Virus record (IMG/VR): IMGVR_UViG_3300037440_000410 | Source of the DNA: an uncultured virus (IMG/VR IMGVR_UViG_3300037440_000410) | Taxonomy: Duplodnaviria > Heunggongvirae > Uroviricota > Caudoviricetes | Reading direction: 5' to 3' (one strand) | Length of the DNA: 64,000 nucleotides | Part shown: in pieces, positions 55,026-64,000 of the stretch | How the letters are laid out: each line of letters starts with the position of its first letter | Position numbering within the stretch: the stretch's first letter is position 1 | Program-made: the position numbers and the translations under genes | The notes under the pieces: generated by a model | What the model saw: only the letters and a program-made list of their open reading frames with translations | Database searches by the model: none | What the model was told of the DNA's origin: nothing

Positions 55026-55834
55026 GCGCCCCGAAGCTGGTGGAGCCCTACGGCTGCGGTCGCTGCGGGATTCCGCTGCCGCACGGTCAGCAGACTGGTC
55101 CGGGTGGCCTGCACGGCTGGGAGCGGCCGTCGGATGTGCAGATCTTGGCGCGGATGAAGGCGCGTCGTTTGGCGCGGGTGGTAGCCCGGCAGGGTGCGCT
55201 GCCGGTGCCGGTGGCGTCCGTGCCTGGGCTCCTGCCCGAGGACCTGGCCACGATCGCCGCCTTGATCGGCGGCGCGAAGCCGGCTGTTCCGGGGCTGCTG
55301 GTTCAGCTCGGCGAGTCGGTGCGCGATGTCCGGGCGCACGACCATTCCACGCAGTGCGAGGACTGGTACTGCCTGAACTTGACGTCGTTCATGGGTGAGC
55401 GGATGGGGCCGGTGCTGCGCCGTCTGGTGGACGCGGAGGCCCGTGTCGCTGAGTTGGAGGCGCAGCGTGAGCGGCGTCGGGTCCGGCTGGTGGCGCTTCA
55501 GAACGACGCGTTGAGCATGCGGGGTTCGCTGTCACCGATGGGCGAGGACCGTAAGGTGCCGTTCCCTCTCGGGGAGACGCTCACTCCGGCTGTCGACTGG
55601 CTGATCGCTCGGGTCGCCGAGTTGGAGGCCGAGCGGCACGAGACGAACGAGTCGCTGTCGCTGGCGGCGGAGTCGTTGCGGGAGAACCGGGACCGGATCG
55701 CCGAGTTGGAGGCGTTGGAGCCTGCCGCGATCCAGATTTGCCGGAAGTGCGGTGCGGGTTACACGTACAGAGAGCCGTGCTCGGTGTGCACCTTCAAGGC
55801 ACGGATGGCCGCCGAGTTGGGCGGTCAACGGTGA
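55022..55834 (+). CDS. Mosaic protein with repeated RVAELEA linkers and Cys motifs
   Basis: Three R(V/I)AELEA repeats; CGRC and CRKC...CSVC. Confidence 0.7.
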   Translation: MSAPKLVEPYGCGRCGIPLPHGQQTGPGGLHGWERPSDVQILARMKARRLARVVARQGALPVPVASVPGLLPEDLATIAALIGGAKPAVPGLLVQLGESVRDVRAHDHSTQCEDWYCLNLTSFMGERMGPVLRRLVDAEARVAELEAQRERRRVRLVALQNDALSMRGSLSPMGEDRKVPFPLGETLTPAVDWLIARVAELEAERHETNESLSLAAESLRENRDRIAELEALEPAAIQICRKCGAGYTYREPCSVCTFKARMAAELGGQR

Positions 55835-56142
55835 GCGCCGTGTCGCCGTTCGAGTGGGTGGCTGCCGGGTCTGTCGGCCTGTCGGCGATCAGCCTGATCG
55901 GTCTGGCGCTCGCGTTCGTTGACGCGGATCTCGCGGACTTCGACCTGCGGCCGGCTGTGCGCCGGGCGGTGGAGTCGGGGCGTCTGGACTGGCTGCTGAT
56001 CGGGATCGCCGCCGCCCGGTTTGACGCCCGCGAGTTGGCCGCTGACGCCCGCGCCTTCGCCCGCCTGTCCTTGCGTGAGGCCGCCCTGACGGTGGCCGCG
56101 CTGTACGCCCTTCTCACGATCACTCCGGGAGACGCCCGATGA
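55831..56142 (+). CDS. Membrane hypothetical protein
   Basis: Coupled start and stop; hydrophobic. Confidence 0.6.
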   Translation: MSAVSPFEWVAAGSVGLSAISLIGLALAFVDADLADFDLRPAVRRAVESGRLDWLLIGIAAARFDARELAADARAFARLSLREAALTVAALYALLTITPGDAR

Positions 56143-56402
56143 AGACCGTCTACGTCGCCATGATCGGCGACCGCCCGACCGCCGTCGCGCCGAGCCTCGA
56201 ACTCGCGCAGGCCCACGCGCTCACCGCCCAGACCGAGTACCAGACGGCTGGCGAGTGGGAGCACCGCTGGGACGAGCACTCCTACGACGGACTACGGCTG
56301 ATGCAGCGCCGCCGGGGCCCGGCTGGCTCGGGGCGCCGGTTCTCGTGGACGCAGCGTTCGGTGCGCCCCGTCGACTACATCACCGAGGAGAACGCCCGAT
56401 GA
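56139..56402 (+). CDS. Hypothetical protein
   Basis: GGGAG RBS; ATGA coupling. Confidence 0.65.
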   Translation: MKTVYVAMIGDRPTAVAPSLELAQAHALTAQTEYQTAGEWEHRWDEHSYDGLRLMQRRRGPAGSGRRFSWTQRSVRPVDYITEENAR

Positions 56403-56767
56403 CGTACCGCGTTGAGGGCCCGTTCCCTCTGACTGTCCGCCCGACCGAGTCGGGTGCCGACCTCGACGTGTCCCGCTTCCTGGTCCGTGCCGTGTTGGTG
56501 CAGCTGTTCGCGGACGCGGCGGAGGACCCGGACGGGTTCGGTGAGGAGTTCGCCGACCTGCACTTCCTGTCGCAGTCGGCGCAGATCCAGGGCCGCGACT
56601 CGCATGCCCGGCATGAGTTCGACGAGCGGGTCGACAAGATGCTTGGCGGATTCGGTGACGGCCGTATCGACCTGTACACGACGGGGCTCCGGCAGTTGCG
56701 GGATGCGTTGGACGAGGTGCTGAAGCCCCGCGAGATCCCCGCGCAGCAGGACCGGAGGGCGGCATGA
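56399..56767 (+). CDS. Hypothetical protein
   Basis: GAGGAG RBS; ATGA coupling. Confidence 0.65.
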   Translation: MTYRVEGPFPLTVRPTESGADLDVSRFLVRAVLVQLFADAAEDPDGFGEEFADLHFLSQSAQIQGRDSHARHEFDERVDKMLGGFGDGRIDLYTTGLRQLRDALDEVLKPREIPAQQDRRAA

Positions 56768-57351
56768 GCTTCGCGACCATCACCGCAGTGTCCCTGCCGC
56801 CGCAGGTGTACTCCCACACCGCCGAGCACGACGTCACGCTCACCGCTGACCCGGCCCGCTTCCGCCCGGTCGTCAGCAACAAGGCTCCCGGCTGGGTCAA
56901 GCCCACGCCCGGTACCGGACTGTGGACTGCTCCGGTCACCGCCCGCACCGACGACGGCCAGCCCACGGACAGTGCGTGGCTGGAGTGGTGCCGAGCCGAG
57001 ATGGACGCGGACACCAGCGGGCTGTTCCTCACCGAGATCACCCCGAGCCGGGATGCCCGTCTGCTGCTGATCGACAGTCAGGAGCACCTCGCCGCGATCG
57101 TGGACGCCTACCCCGCCGATCTGGGCCCGTTGGACTACCTGAAGCGCCACTACCCGGATTGGGGTGCGCTCGCTGCCGCCGGGTGGGATGGCGTGTATCT
57201 GACGGATCGGGGGCAGTGGGCGACGCGTCTGCCTCGGTCGGGTCCGGATCTGTACTCGTGGGATCTGGAGTCGATGCTGTGGCTCCGGCACGCGTACACG
57301 GTGGGACGGACGGTGCGCTCTGCGGTGCGCACCGAAGCAGGTGCGACGTGA
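56764..57351 (+). CDS. Trp-rich conserved phage protein, possibly enzymatic
   Basis: KPxxGxGLWT, WLEWC, WDGVYLT, WDLES. Confidence 0.65.
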   Translation: MSFATITAVSLPPQVYSHTAEHDVTLTADPARFRPVVSNKAPGWVKPTPGTGLWTAPVTARTDDGQPTDSAWLEWCRAEMDADTSGLFLTEITPSRDARLLLIDSQEHLAAIVDAYPADLGPLDYLKRHYPDWGALAAAGWDGVYLTDRGQWATRLPRSGPDLYSWDLESMLWLRHAYTVGRTVRSAVRTEAGAT

Positions 57352-57656
57352 ACGCCCGTGCCCGTATCCACGCCATGTTTCCGCTGACGGAGTTGGCTGA
57401 GCGCGAGTTGGACGCCCGGCTGGACGACCTCGTCCGGCAAGCGTTCGCGGCGGGCCGTGAATCGGCTGGCGCGGACGGGTTCCACCTCGATGACTTCCGG
57501 GCGGTGTGGACGCGGAGCGACGGCAGCGACACGCCCGTCTCCGAACTCCGCTGTACGTGCGGCGCCCTGCTCCAGTGTGTCGGCCCGACCTCGCTGCTCG
57601 ACCTCCTGATCGCCGCCACCCTCCACAACTGCCCGCCCACCGGTGCCGCCGCATGA
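57348..57656 (+). CDS. Hypothetical protein
   Basis: GTGA/ATGA coupling. Confidence 0.6.
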   Translation: MNARARIHAMFPLTELAERELDARLDDLVRQAFAAGRESAGADGFHLDDFRAVWTRSDGSDTPVSELRCTCGALLQCVGPTSLLDLLIAATLHNCPPTGAAA

Positions 57657-58000
57657 GCGCCGGTCAGCGGTCCGAGATCGACGTCCTGCGCAGCCTCGTC
57701 CACGACATCCGCACCGCCGCCCACCGGGGCGACGTTACTGAAGTCCGACGCCTCCTCGACGTCCACGCAACGAAGCCCACCGCACGACGTGGCGCCCTGC
57801 TGGCTGCAATCCGTCGCAGTCCGGCCGGGCGGTGGAAGTCGGGGCGCGCAGTGACCGTGCTGCGGCCGCTCGGCTTCCACCCCATCAGCCCCGGCACTGC
57901 CGGACACGACCTTGCGGCGCTCGCCATCCAAGGCCACCTCATCCGCCATGACGAGCCCGGCTGCACCTGGTACGAGCTGCACAGGGAGGCGACCCGATGA
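57653..58000 (+). CDS. Hypothetical protein, possible wHTH
   Basis: TAGHDLAALAIQGHLIRH...TWY wing-like pattern. Confidence 0.6.
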   Translation: MSAGQRSEIDVLRSLVHDIRTAAHRGDVTEVRRLLDVHATKPTARRGALLAAIRRSPAGRWKSGRAVTVLRPLGFHPISPGTAGHDLAALAIQGHLIRHDEPGCTWYELHREATR

Positions 58001-58180
58001 CGTACCGCCTACATCACCGCGGTCCTGGCCATCGCGTGTGCGGCCGTCGCCGCCACCGCAGTCCTCCCGATCGCCAATCCGTACACCGCGCAGGGTCTGC
58101 GGATCGTCGCCGGCGTCATCGCCGGATGGGCCGCAAGCGAACTCCTGCCCTGCCCCTGGCACCGAAAGGAACAACCGTGA
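57997..58180 (+). pseudogene. Frameshifted small membrane protein gene
   Basis: ATG at 57997 with GGGAGG RBS is out of frame with a two-TM reading frame (AYITAVLAIACAAV...KEQP) whose stop overlaps the next GTG. Confidence 0.5.
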
Positions 58181-59100
58181 CGACGACCGTGCAGGCCGAG
58201 GCTCCGGCCTCGGCCGCCGGCCCGACCGTCCTCGGCTGGTTCGAGCCTGGCTCTGAGCCGTGGCATGCCGCCCGAGCGAACGGCATCGGCGGCTCAGAGA
58301 TCGCAGCAGTCCTCGGCCTCTCCCCCTACGAGTCCGCGTTCTCCCTCTGGCACCGCAAGAAGGGACTCGTAGCCCCGGTCGAGGAGAACGACGTCATGTA
58401 CTGGGGCAAGATCCACGAACCCCAGATCTGTGCCGAGTTCGCCAAGCGACACCCCGACTTCGAACTCCGCCCCTCACCGACGTACGCCTCAGCCGGCCAC
58501 CCGTCGGAGATCGCCAACCCTGACCGGCTGGTCCTCGACAGCGAATGGCGGACCGTCGCCATCGTCGAGGCCAAGACGTCCCGTAACGACGAGGGATGGG
58601 GCGAAGAAGGCACCGACCAAATCCCTGTCCACTACCGGGCGCAATGCCTCTGGTACCTGATGGTCCTCGGCGTCACCACCTGCCACGTCGCTGTTCTGAT
58701 CGCAGGGTCGGAGTACCGCGAGTACGTCGTCGAGTACGACCCGGCCGACGCCACCCGCATGCGGGACGCCGCCGCCGAGTTCATGCGGACGCTGGCCGCC
58801 GACGAGCGCCCGCCGATCGACGGCCACTCCGCCACCTACCAGGCCATCCGGGAGATTCCCGAGGGCCTCGACGACGTCGACGTCGAAATCGAAACCGTCC
58901 TCCGTGACCGCTTCTACACCGCGCAAGACGCCTTCTGGCTGGCCGAGGACGAGCTGACCGCCTGCAAGGGCGCACTCCTCGACGCGATCGACACCGGCTG
59001 GCGCGCGGTCTGCGAGCAGAAGCGGATCGCTACCCGCACCGTCCGCGAAGGCCGCACCTACCAACTTCTGCCCGCACGTACACGAAGGAACGCCCGATGA
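58177..59100 (+). CDS. YqaJ/lambda-exonuclease-family recombination nuclease
   Basis: WHAARANGIGGSE, ANPDR, VEAKT, YRAQCLWY; GAAAGGA RBS. Confidence 0.9.
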   Translation: MTTTVQAEAPASAAGPTVLGWFEPGSEPWHAARANGIGGSEIAAVLGLSPYESAFSLWHRKKGLVAPVEENDVMYWGKIHEPQICAEFAKRHPDFELRPSPTYASAGHPSEIANPDRLVLDSEWRTVAIVEAKTSRNDEGWGEEGTDQIPVHYRAQCLWYLMVLGVTTCHVAVLIAGSEYREYVVEYDPADATRMRDAAAEFMRTLAADERPPIDGHSATYQAIREIPEGLDDVDVEIETVLRDRFYTAQDAFWLAEDELTACKGALLDAIDTGWRAVCEQKRIATRTVREGRTYQLLPARTRRNAR

Positions 59101-59486
59101 CCGACATGCAGCCGTACGAGCGGCTCGACCTCGTCACCCCGGTGTTCGAGAAGAACGACGTCCAGATCGACGCGTACCTCTGGTTCGCCCTGTTCGAGTA
59201 CTCCGACGGCCCTGCCCCGGACCCGAACTCCATCGAGATCGTCACCGACCTGTGGGCCACGTCGCCCGAGGGCTACGGCTCGGTCGACATCGCACTGCTC
59301 GCCCGCCTGAACGACGGCCGCTGGGCCTCCTGCGTCGCTTGGGCAGACACGACCGGCTTCGGCTGCCAGCAGGGCGTCGACTGGCGCATCAACCCCACCC
59401 GCGAGGCGGCGATCAGCCAAGGCCTCGACAAGGAATCCCGTACGCACCTCGGGCTGTCACTGCCCGGCGAGGAGAACACCCGATGA
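59097..59486 (+). CDS. Hypothetical protein between exonuclease and recT
   Basis: ATGA coupling on both sides. Confidence 0.7.
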   Translation: MTDMQPYERLDLVTPVFEKNDVQIDAYLWFALFEYSDGPAPDPNSIEIVTDLWATSPEGYGSVDIALLARLNDGRWASCVAWADTTGFGCQQGVDWRINPTREAAISQGLDKESRTHLGLSLPGEENTR

Positions 59487-60352
59487 CCGAGAACACCGTC
59501 ACCAACGCCGTCGCTGTCCGCGACACCGGACCCGGCGCCATGGTCGAGGCCTACCGCGCCGACCTCGCCATGGTCATGCCGTCCCACGTCAAGCCCGACA
59601 CATTCGTTCGCCTCGCCGTCGGCGTCCTGCGCCGCGACCGCAACCTCGCCCAAGCCGCACAGAACAACCCCGCCGCCCTCATGGGCGCCCTCATGGACGC
59701 CGCCCAACTCGGCCTCACCCCCGGCACCGAGCAGTTCTACCTCGTCCCCCGCAAGCAGAAGGGCCGCCTGGAAATCCAGGGCATCCGCGGCTACCAGGGC
59801 GAGATCGAACTCATCTACCGGGCGGGCGCCGTCTCCTCCGTGATCGTCGAGGTCGTCCGGCAGGCCGACACCTTCCGCTACAGCCCCGGCCGCGACGAAC
59901 GCCCCGCCCACGACATCGACTGGGACGCCGAAGACCGCGGCGACCTCCGCCTCGTCTACGCCTACGCGGTCATGAAGGACGGCGCCACCAGCAAGGTCGT
60001 CGTCCTCAACCGGGCGCAAGTGATGAAGGCCAAGGCCATGAGCCAGGGATCCGACTCCGCCTACTCCCCGTGGCAGAAGCACGAGGAAGCGATGTGGATG
60101 AAGACGGCTGCGCACCGGCTGACGAAGTGGGTGCCGACGTCCGCCGAGTACATGCGGGAGCAGTTGCGGGCGCAGGCCGAGGTTGCTGCCGAGCAGCCGA
60201 CGCCCGCTGTCCTGTCCGTGCCTCTGCCGCAGGCTCCCGCGCCCGGCATGGGCGAGGAGTCCGACGAGGGCCCGATCGAGGCTGAGTTCGTCGACGAGGA
60301 GTCCGGTCCGGCGCAGTGGCCGGCTGCGACCCGACCCGGTTCCGGCGCGTAG
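59483..60352 (+). CDS. recT: RecT-family single-strand annealing protein
   Basis: AAQLGLTPG, YLVP, GYQGEIEL, SPW...EAMWMKT. Confidence 0.9.
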   Translation: MTENTVTNAVAVRDTGPGAMVEAYRADLAMVMPSHVKPDTFVRLAVGVLRRDRNLAQAAQNNPAALMGALMDAAQLGLTPGTEQFYLVPRKQKGRLEIQGIRGYQGEIELIYRAGAVSSVIVEVVRQADTFRYSPGRDERPAHDIDWDAEDRGDLRLVYAYAVMKDGATSKVVVLNRAQVMKAKAMSQGSDSAYSPWQKHEEAMWMKTAAHRLTKWVPTSAEYMREQLRAQAEVAAEQPTPAVLSVPLPQAPAPGMGEESDEGPIEAEFVDEESGPAQWPAATRPGSGA

Positions 60353-60436
60353 CCCGCACGCAGGTGGCCGCCCCCGCGGGAATCGGGGGCGGCCGGCACC
60401 CAGCACACCACACCACCATCGAACGGAGAACCCGCC

Positions 60437-60814
60437 ATGAAGCGGTCGTCCCTCTCCCGCCGTCAGCACGACGAGATCCTCGCCGCCCGCCAGCGCCAGC
60501 ACGACGCCGTAGTCGCCAACCTCAAGGCCGACATCGTGCGGCTGCGGAACGAGCGGGACCAGTTCGCCAAGGACCGCGCTGCCATCGCCGCGACCGCCCG
60601 CCGTGACGCGGCCGACGCAGCGGCCACCATCGCCCGCCTGAAGGAGGACCTGGCCGCCGCGTCCTCGGGCGGCGAGAGCACGGCGTCCCTCCGCCGCCGG
60701 ATCAAAAGCCTGGAGAAGCAGTACGACGACGCCGTCGGCATGGGTGCCGGCCGGATTCAGGACAGCAGCCGCTGGCAGCCGGGCTACAAGGCGTCGCAGG
60801 GGGTGGCGTCGTGA
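60437..60814 (+). CDS. Coiled-coil hypothetical protein
   Basis: GGAG RBS; heptad repeats. Confidence 0.65.
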   Translation: MKRSSLSRRQHDEILAARQRQHDAVVANLKADIVRLRNERDQFAKDRAAIAATARRDAADAAATIARLKEDLAAASSGGESTASLRRRIKSLEKQYDDAVGMGAGRIQDSSRWQPGYKASQGVAS

Positions 60815-61065
60815 TTCCGGAGGTCACTGTTGGTGCCGCGTCCCTGATGGGCGCCCTCATATTCGCCACCGCGGCTGTCCGGTACGCGGTCGCTCCGGTG
60901 CCAAAGCCCGGCCAGCACCGCGCCCGCCGCCCGCAGCGTGTCCGCCCGGTCGAGGAGTACGTGCCCGCCTACCTCCTCGTGCCCGCCCAGCAACTGACCG
61001 CGTCGTGCCCCGACTGCGGCAGCCACATCACCATCACCACCACCACGGCAGGGGGCCAGCGATGA
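60811..61065 (+). CDS. Small TM protein with Cys pair
   Basis: N-terminal TM; CPDC. Confidence 0.55.
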   Translation: MIPEVTVGAASLMGALIFATAAVRYAVAPVPKPGQHRARRPQRVRPVEEYVPAYLLVPAQQLTASCPDCGSHITITTTTAGGQR

Positions 61066-61442
61066 GCCGCTACGACTGGATGGCCCAAGCCCTGTGCGCC
61101 CAGGTCGACCCCGGCCTGTGGCACTCCGACCAGGGCGCCAACTACACGACAGCCAAACGCATCTGCGGCGCATGCCCCGTCAAGGTCGCGTGCGCCAACC
61201 ACACGGCCCGCCTCGACACCGACACCCACAGCCGGCACGGCATGTGGGCCGGCCAGACCCGAAAGCAGCGCGAAGCGAAACGCGCTCACGCCGAACGGCA
61301 GGCACGCCGTACCGAGATCGTCCGGCTGCTCGAGCGGGGCGGCATGGACGCCGAACAGATCGCCGACCACGTCGGATGCAGTGAACGCACCGTCTGGCGC
61401 GTACAGAAAGCCCACCGCGCCCAGATGGGAGTGGCCGCATGA
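61062..61442 (+). CDS. WhiB-family regulator fused to a C-terminal HTH
   Basis: ALCAQVDP...CGACPVKVAC...GMWAG; AEQIADHVGCSERTVWR. Confidence 0.88.
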   Translation: MSRYDWMAQALCAQVDPGLWHSDQGANYTTAKRICGACPVKVACANHTARLDTDTHSRHGMWAGQTRKQREAKRAHAERQARRTEIVRLLERGGMDAEQIADHVGCSERTVWRVQKAHRAQMGVAA

Positions 61443-61924
61443 ACGCCCTGTTCACCCCCCCTGACGGCGACTCGTGGATGGCCCAGGCCGCCTGCCGCAG
61501 CGAAGGCATCAACCCCGAGTGGTTCTTCCCCGCGCAGGAGAACGGCCCGTCCCTGTCGACCGCCCGCGGTGTCTGCGCCGGCTGCAGGGTCAGGCAGTCC
61601 TGCTACGACGACGTGATGGCCGCGGAGGCCGGTAAGGGCGAAGGCTCCCGGCATGGCGTGTACGCCGGTCTGACGGGCAACCAGCGCGCCCACCTGTACA
61701 AGCGGGCCGCGAGCCGCGCCAGGCGGGAACGGGCCGCCGTCGAAGCGCCTGCGGCGCCTGCCGAGCCGAGGCCGTCCAGGCCGAAACTCGCGCCGTGCGG
61801 CACCCGGTCCGCGTACCAGCGGCACATCAAGAAGGGCGAGCCCGTCGACGACGCGTGCCGGAAGGCGAACACGGACGCGGACAACCGGCTGCGTCGGACC
61901 GGCAGCACGAAGCGCGCGGCCTGA
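61439..61924 (+). CDS. WhiB-family regulator with C-terminal CGT...C domain
   Basis: AAC...WFFP...CAGCRVRQSC...GVYAG; APCGTRSAYQRH...DDAC. Confidence 0.85.
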   Translation: MNALFTPPDGDSWMAQAACRSEGINPEWFFPAQENGPSLSTARGVCAGCRVRQSCYDDVMAAEAGKGEGSRHGVYAGLTGNQRAHLYKRAASRARRERAAVEAPAAPAEPRPSRPKLAPCGTRSAYQRHIKKGEPVDDACRKANTDADNRLRRTGSTKRAA

Positions 61925-62154
61925 TGACCGGCTGGCTCGGTGGTCTGCAAGTGCGTGCAGGTCAGGTCCCGGTCGCGGACTGGCTGTGCGCCGCCTGCCT
62001 CCTGCACCGCCGGGCCACCGGCAAACGCCGCGTGATCGACCTCGTCACCTCCGACCCCACCACCATCCACCGGGACCAATGCCCGGCCCGCAAGACCACC
62101 TGGCAGCGGCCCGCCGCAACCTGCGGCGGGCCACCCACCCAAGGAGAACACCCC
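61924..62154 (+). CDS. Small Cys-containing ORF that reads through in frame into the vWA gene
   Basis: ATG overlaps the WhiB stop; ADWLCAAC...HRDQCP; no stop before 62155. Confidence 0.5.
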
Positions 62155-62841
62155 ATGATCAGCATCACCAACGTCGAGCAGCAGGCCCCCGGCCTCGTCT
62201 CCCTCGCCAAGACCGCCGCCGTCAGCCTGGAGAAGAACGGCCTCGGCGGGCAGCGCGCCGCCGTCCAGCTCGTCCTCGACCACTCCGGCAGCATGGCTCC
62301 CTTCTACGCCAACGGGTCGGTGCAGCGCCTTGCCGAGCAAGCCCTCGGCCTCAGCGTGAACCTCGACGACGACGGCGCAGTGCCGGTCATCTTCTTCGGC
62401 TCCCGCGCCGAGCAGCATGACGACGCCCGCCTCGACAACTACGCCGGGATCATCGACCACACCCACCAGGGTGTGCGCTGGGGCTCGACGGACTACGTCG
62501 CCGGGATGGACGCGGCAATCGCCGAGTACCGCAACTCCGGGGCCACGGACCCGGCGCTCGTCATCTTCCAGACGGATGGCGAGCCGGACGACCGCGGCGC
62601 CGCCGAACGCGCGCTGCGGGCCGCGTCGACGCTGCCGATCTTCTGGGCGTTCGTCGGGTTCGGCGGGCGCGTCTCCTTCCTGGAGAAGCTCGACGACCTC
62701 AGCGGGCGGGCCGTCGACAACGCTTCCTTCTTCCACGCGGCGAACCCGCATGCCGTGACCGACGAGCAGCTCTACGACGGGATCACCAGCGAGTTCGCGG
62801 GCTGGCTCGCCGCCGCTCGCGCCGCCGGAGTTCTCCGCTAA
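62155..62841 (+). CDS. vWA domain protein (TerF/TerY-associated type)
   Basis: MIDAS motif DHSGSM, T, QTDG; AAGGAG RBS. Confidence 0.85.
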   Translation: MISITNVEQQAPGLVSLAKTAAVSLEKNGLGGQRAAVQLVLDHSGSMAPFYANGSVQRLAEQALGLSVNLDDDGAVPVIFFGSRAEQHDDARLDNYAGIIDHTHQGVRWGSTDYVAGMDAAIAEYRNSGATDPALVIFQTDGEPDDRGAAERALRAASTLPIFWAFVGFGGRVSFLEKLDDLSGRAVDNASFFHAANPHAVTDEQLYDGITSEFAGWLAAARAAGVLR

Positions 62842-62902
62842 CCACCTGACCACGCCCCGCCGCAACCGAACTGCGGCGGTCTACCCACCCAAGGAGAACA
62901 TG

Positions 62903-64000
62903 ATGAGTACGAGACTGACGGAACTGTCGCCAGACCAGGTGGCGGCTCTCGCCACTACCCGCGAAAGATGGCTCGCCCACGGTCTCGCGACCGGCCCCGC
63001 CGACCGTGCGGAGGCAGAGGCGGGGGTGCGTGATGCATATCGTGCTGCTGGTTTGGAGCCGCCGCAGGCTGTGATCTGGCTCGATTCGCCGATGGCTGGC
63101 GCGATTGCTGCCTGGATGCTCACGACTGCTCGGGCTCAGGTCGGGGCTCAGGTCGGGGATCAGGTCGGGGATCAGGTCTGGGCTCAGGTCGGGGCTCAGG
63201 TCCGGGCTCAGGTCGGGGCTCAGGTCCGGGCTCAGGTCGGGGCTCAGGTCTGGGATCAGGTCTGGGATCAGGTCGGGGCTCAGGTCCGGGCTCAGGTCCG
63301 GGCTCAGGTCGGGGCTCAGGTCGGGGCTCAGGTCCGGGATCAGGTCCGGGCTCAGGTCCGGGATCAGGTCGGGGCTCAGGTCCGGGATCAGGTCCGGGCT
63401 CAGGTCTACAAGGCCGTACCCGGACAACACGACGCCGGATGGCTCGCCTTCTACGACTACTTCCACACCCACTGCACCATCCAAGAAGCAGACCGCCTCA
63501 CCAGCATGATGCGCGTCGCCAAAAGCGCAGGCTGGTGGTGGCCGTTCGCCAACGCCGTCATCCTCACCGAACGCCCCACCAGCCTCCACCGCGACAGCCA
63601 AGGCCGCCTCCACCACGAGACCGGCCCCGCACTCGCCTACCCCGACGGATTCGCCATCTGGGCATGGCACGGCACCCGCGTCCCCCGCGACCTCATCGAA
63701 ACCGGCTGGGACCTCAAGCAGATCTTCGATGAACCCAACGCGGAAATCCGTCGCTGCGCCATCGAACGCATCGGCTGGGACCAGTTCATCCAGGACTCCG
63801 GCCTGAAGAAAGTCGCCTCCGCCCCCGACCCGGGCAACGCCCCCTACCACCTCGCACTGTATGACCTGCCCGACGAACTCTCCGACCTGTACGACGACGA
63901 GGCCCGCATCCTCCTGTGCGTCAACGGCACCGAAGAACGCGACGGCACTCGCCACCGTTTCGGGCTCCCTGTCCCCGCGCACCACACAGACCCCGTCGAA
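62903..64000 (+). CDS. DUF6745-like protein with tetrapeptide repeats, truncated by the window end (not in ORF track)
   Basis: [10 protein letters not shown]...WLDSP; xAQV/xDQV repeats; GWWWPF...ERP...GRLH..GPA..YPDG; NAEIRR; alternative ATG at 62900. Confidence 0.8.
   Translation, partial: MSTRLTELSPDQVAALATTRERWLAHGLATGPADRAEAEAGVRDAYRAAGLEPPQAVIWLDSPMAGAIAAWMLTTARAQVGAQVGDQVGDQVWAQVGAQVRAQVGAQVRAQVGAQVWDQVWDQVGAQVRAQVRAQVGAQVGAQVRDQVRAQVRDQVGAQVRDQVRAQVYKAVPGQHDAGWLAFYDYFHTHCTIQEADRLTSMMRVAKSAGWWWPFANAVILTERPTSLHRDSQGRLHHETGPALAYPDGFAIWAWHGTRVPRDLIETGWDLKQIFDEPNAEIRRCAIERIGWDQFIQDSGLKKVASAPDPGNAPYHLALYDLPDELSDLYDDEARILLCVNGTEERDGTRHRFGLPVPAHHTDPVE
63131..63406 (+). repeat. 23 tandem copies of the 12-bp unit (C/G/T)GG G(C/A)T CAG GTC
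   Basis: Counted directly; in frame, encodes (R/G/W)(A/D)QV. Confidence 0.95.

Larger units (their letters stand above)
1..64000. mobile_element. Temperate actinophage (siphovirus-like) genome segment carrying a conjugation module; unintegrated (attP) configuration
   Basis: Terminase, portal, capsid, tape measure, lysin, integrase, repressor and RecT/YqaJ are all present; phage genes continue on both sides of the integrase/att region; no housekeeping genes. Confidence 0.93.

Noticed and set aside
63131..63406. Possible CRISPR array or DGR variable region
   Set aside because: Contiguous 12-bp in-frame units with no spacers; no cas or reverse transcriptase gene and no template/variable repeat pair in the window

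Overview
High-GC actinobacterial (Streptomyces-like) temperate siphophage sequence with no host genes, apparently in excised or virion form, because an intact attP lies mid-window beside the tyrosine integrase. Order of modules: end of an early operon (1-3.2 kb); a Streptomyces plasmid/AICE-type conjugation module with divergent HTH regulator, spd-like, traA-like and traB FtsK translocase genes (3.3-11 kb); accessory cassettes (11-15.7 kb); putative small terminase, a glycan-synthesis cluster and an intein-containing large terminase (15.7-23.8 kb); portal, 2H-phosphoesterase/MuF/protease fusion, capsid and tail genes (24-44 kb); lysis genes, a further glycosyltransferase, WhiB and a C5-epimerase-like gene (44-51.9 kb); integrase, attP and immunity switch (51.9-54.3 kb); early operon with YqaJ/RecT, two more WhiBs, vWA and a repeat protein (54.3-64 kb). 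Most striking observations: (1) the terminase intein carries a complete HNH endonuclease gene in a different reading frame, with a candidate promoter of its own; (2) the attP core reproduces the last codons of the principal sigma factor gene hrdB/sigA (LRDYLD-stop); (3) a TraB conjugation module sits inside a virion-encoding phage; (4) a seven-copy CCGGAA-N21/22-nACnnT promoter motif precedes late genes; (5) a stand-alone, probably catalytically dead paralog of the capsid protease domain is present. All family assignments come from motif recognition by eye; no searches were run.
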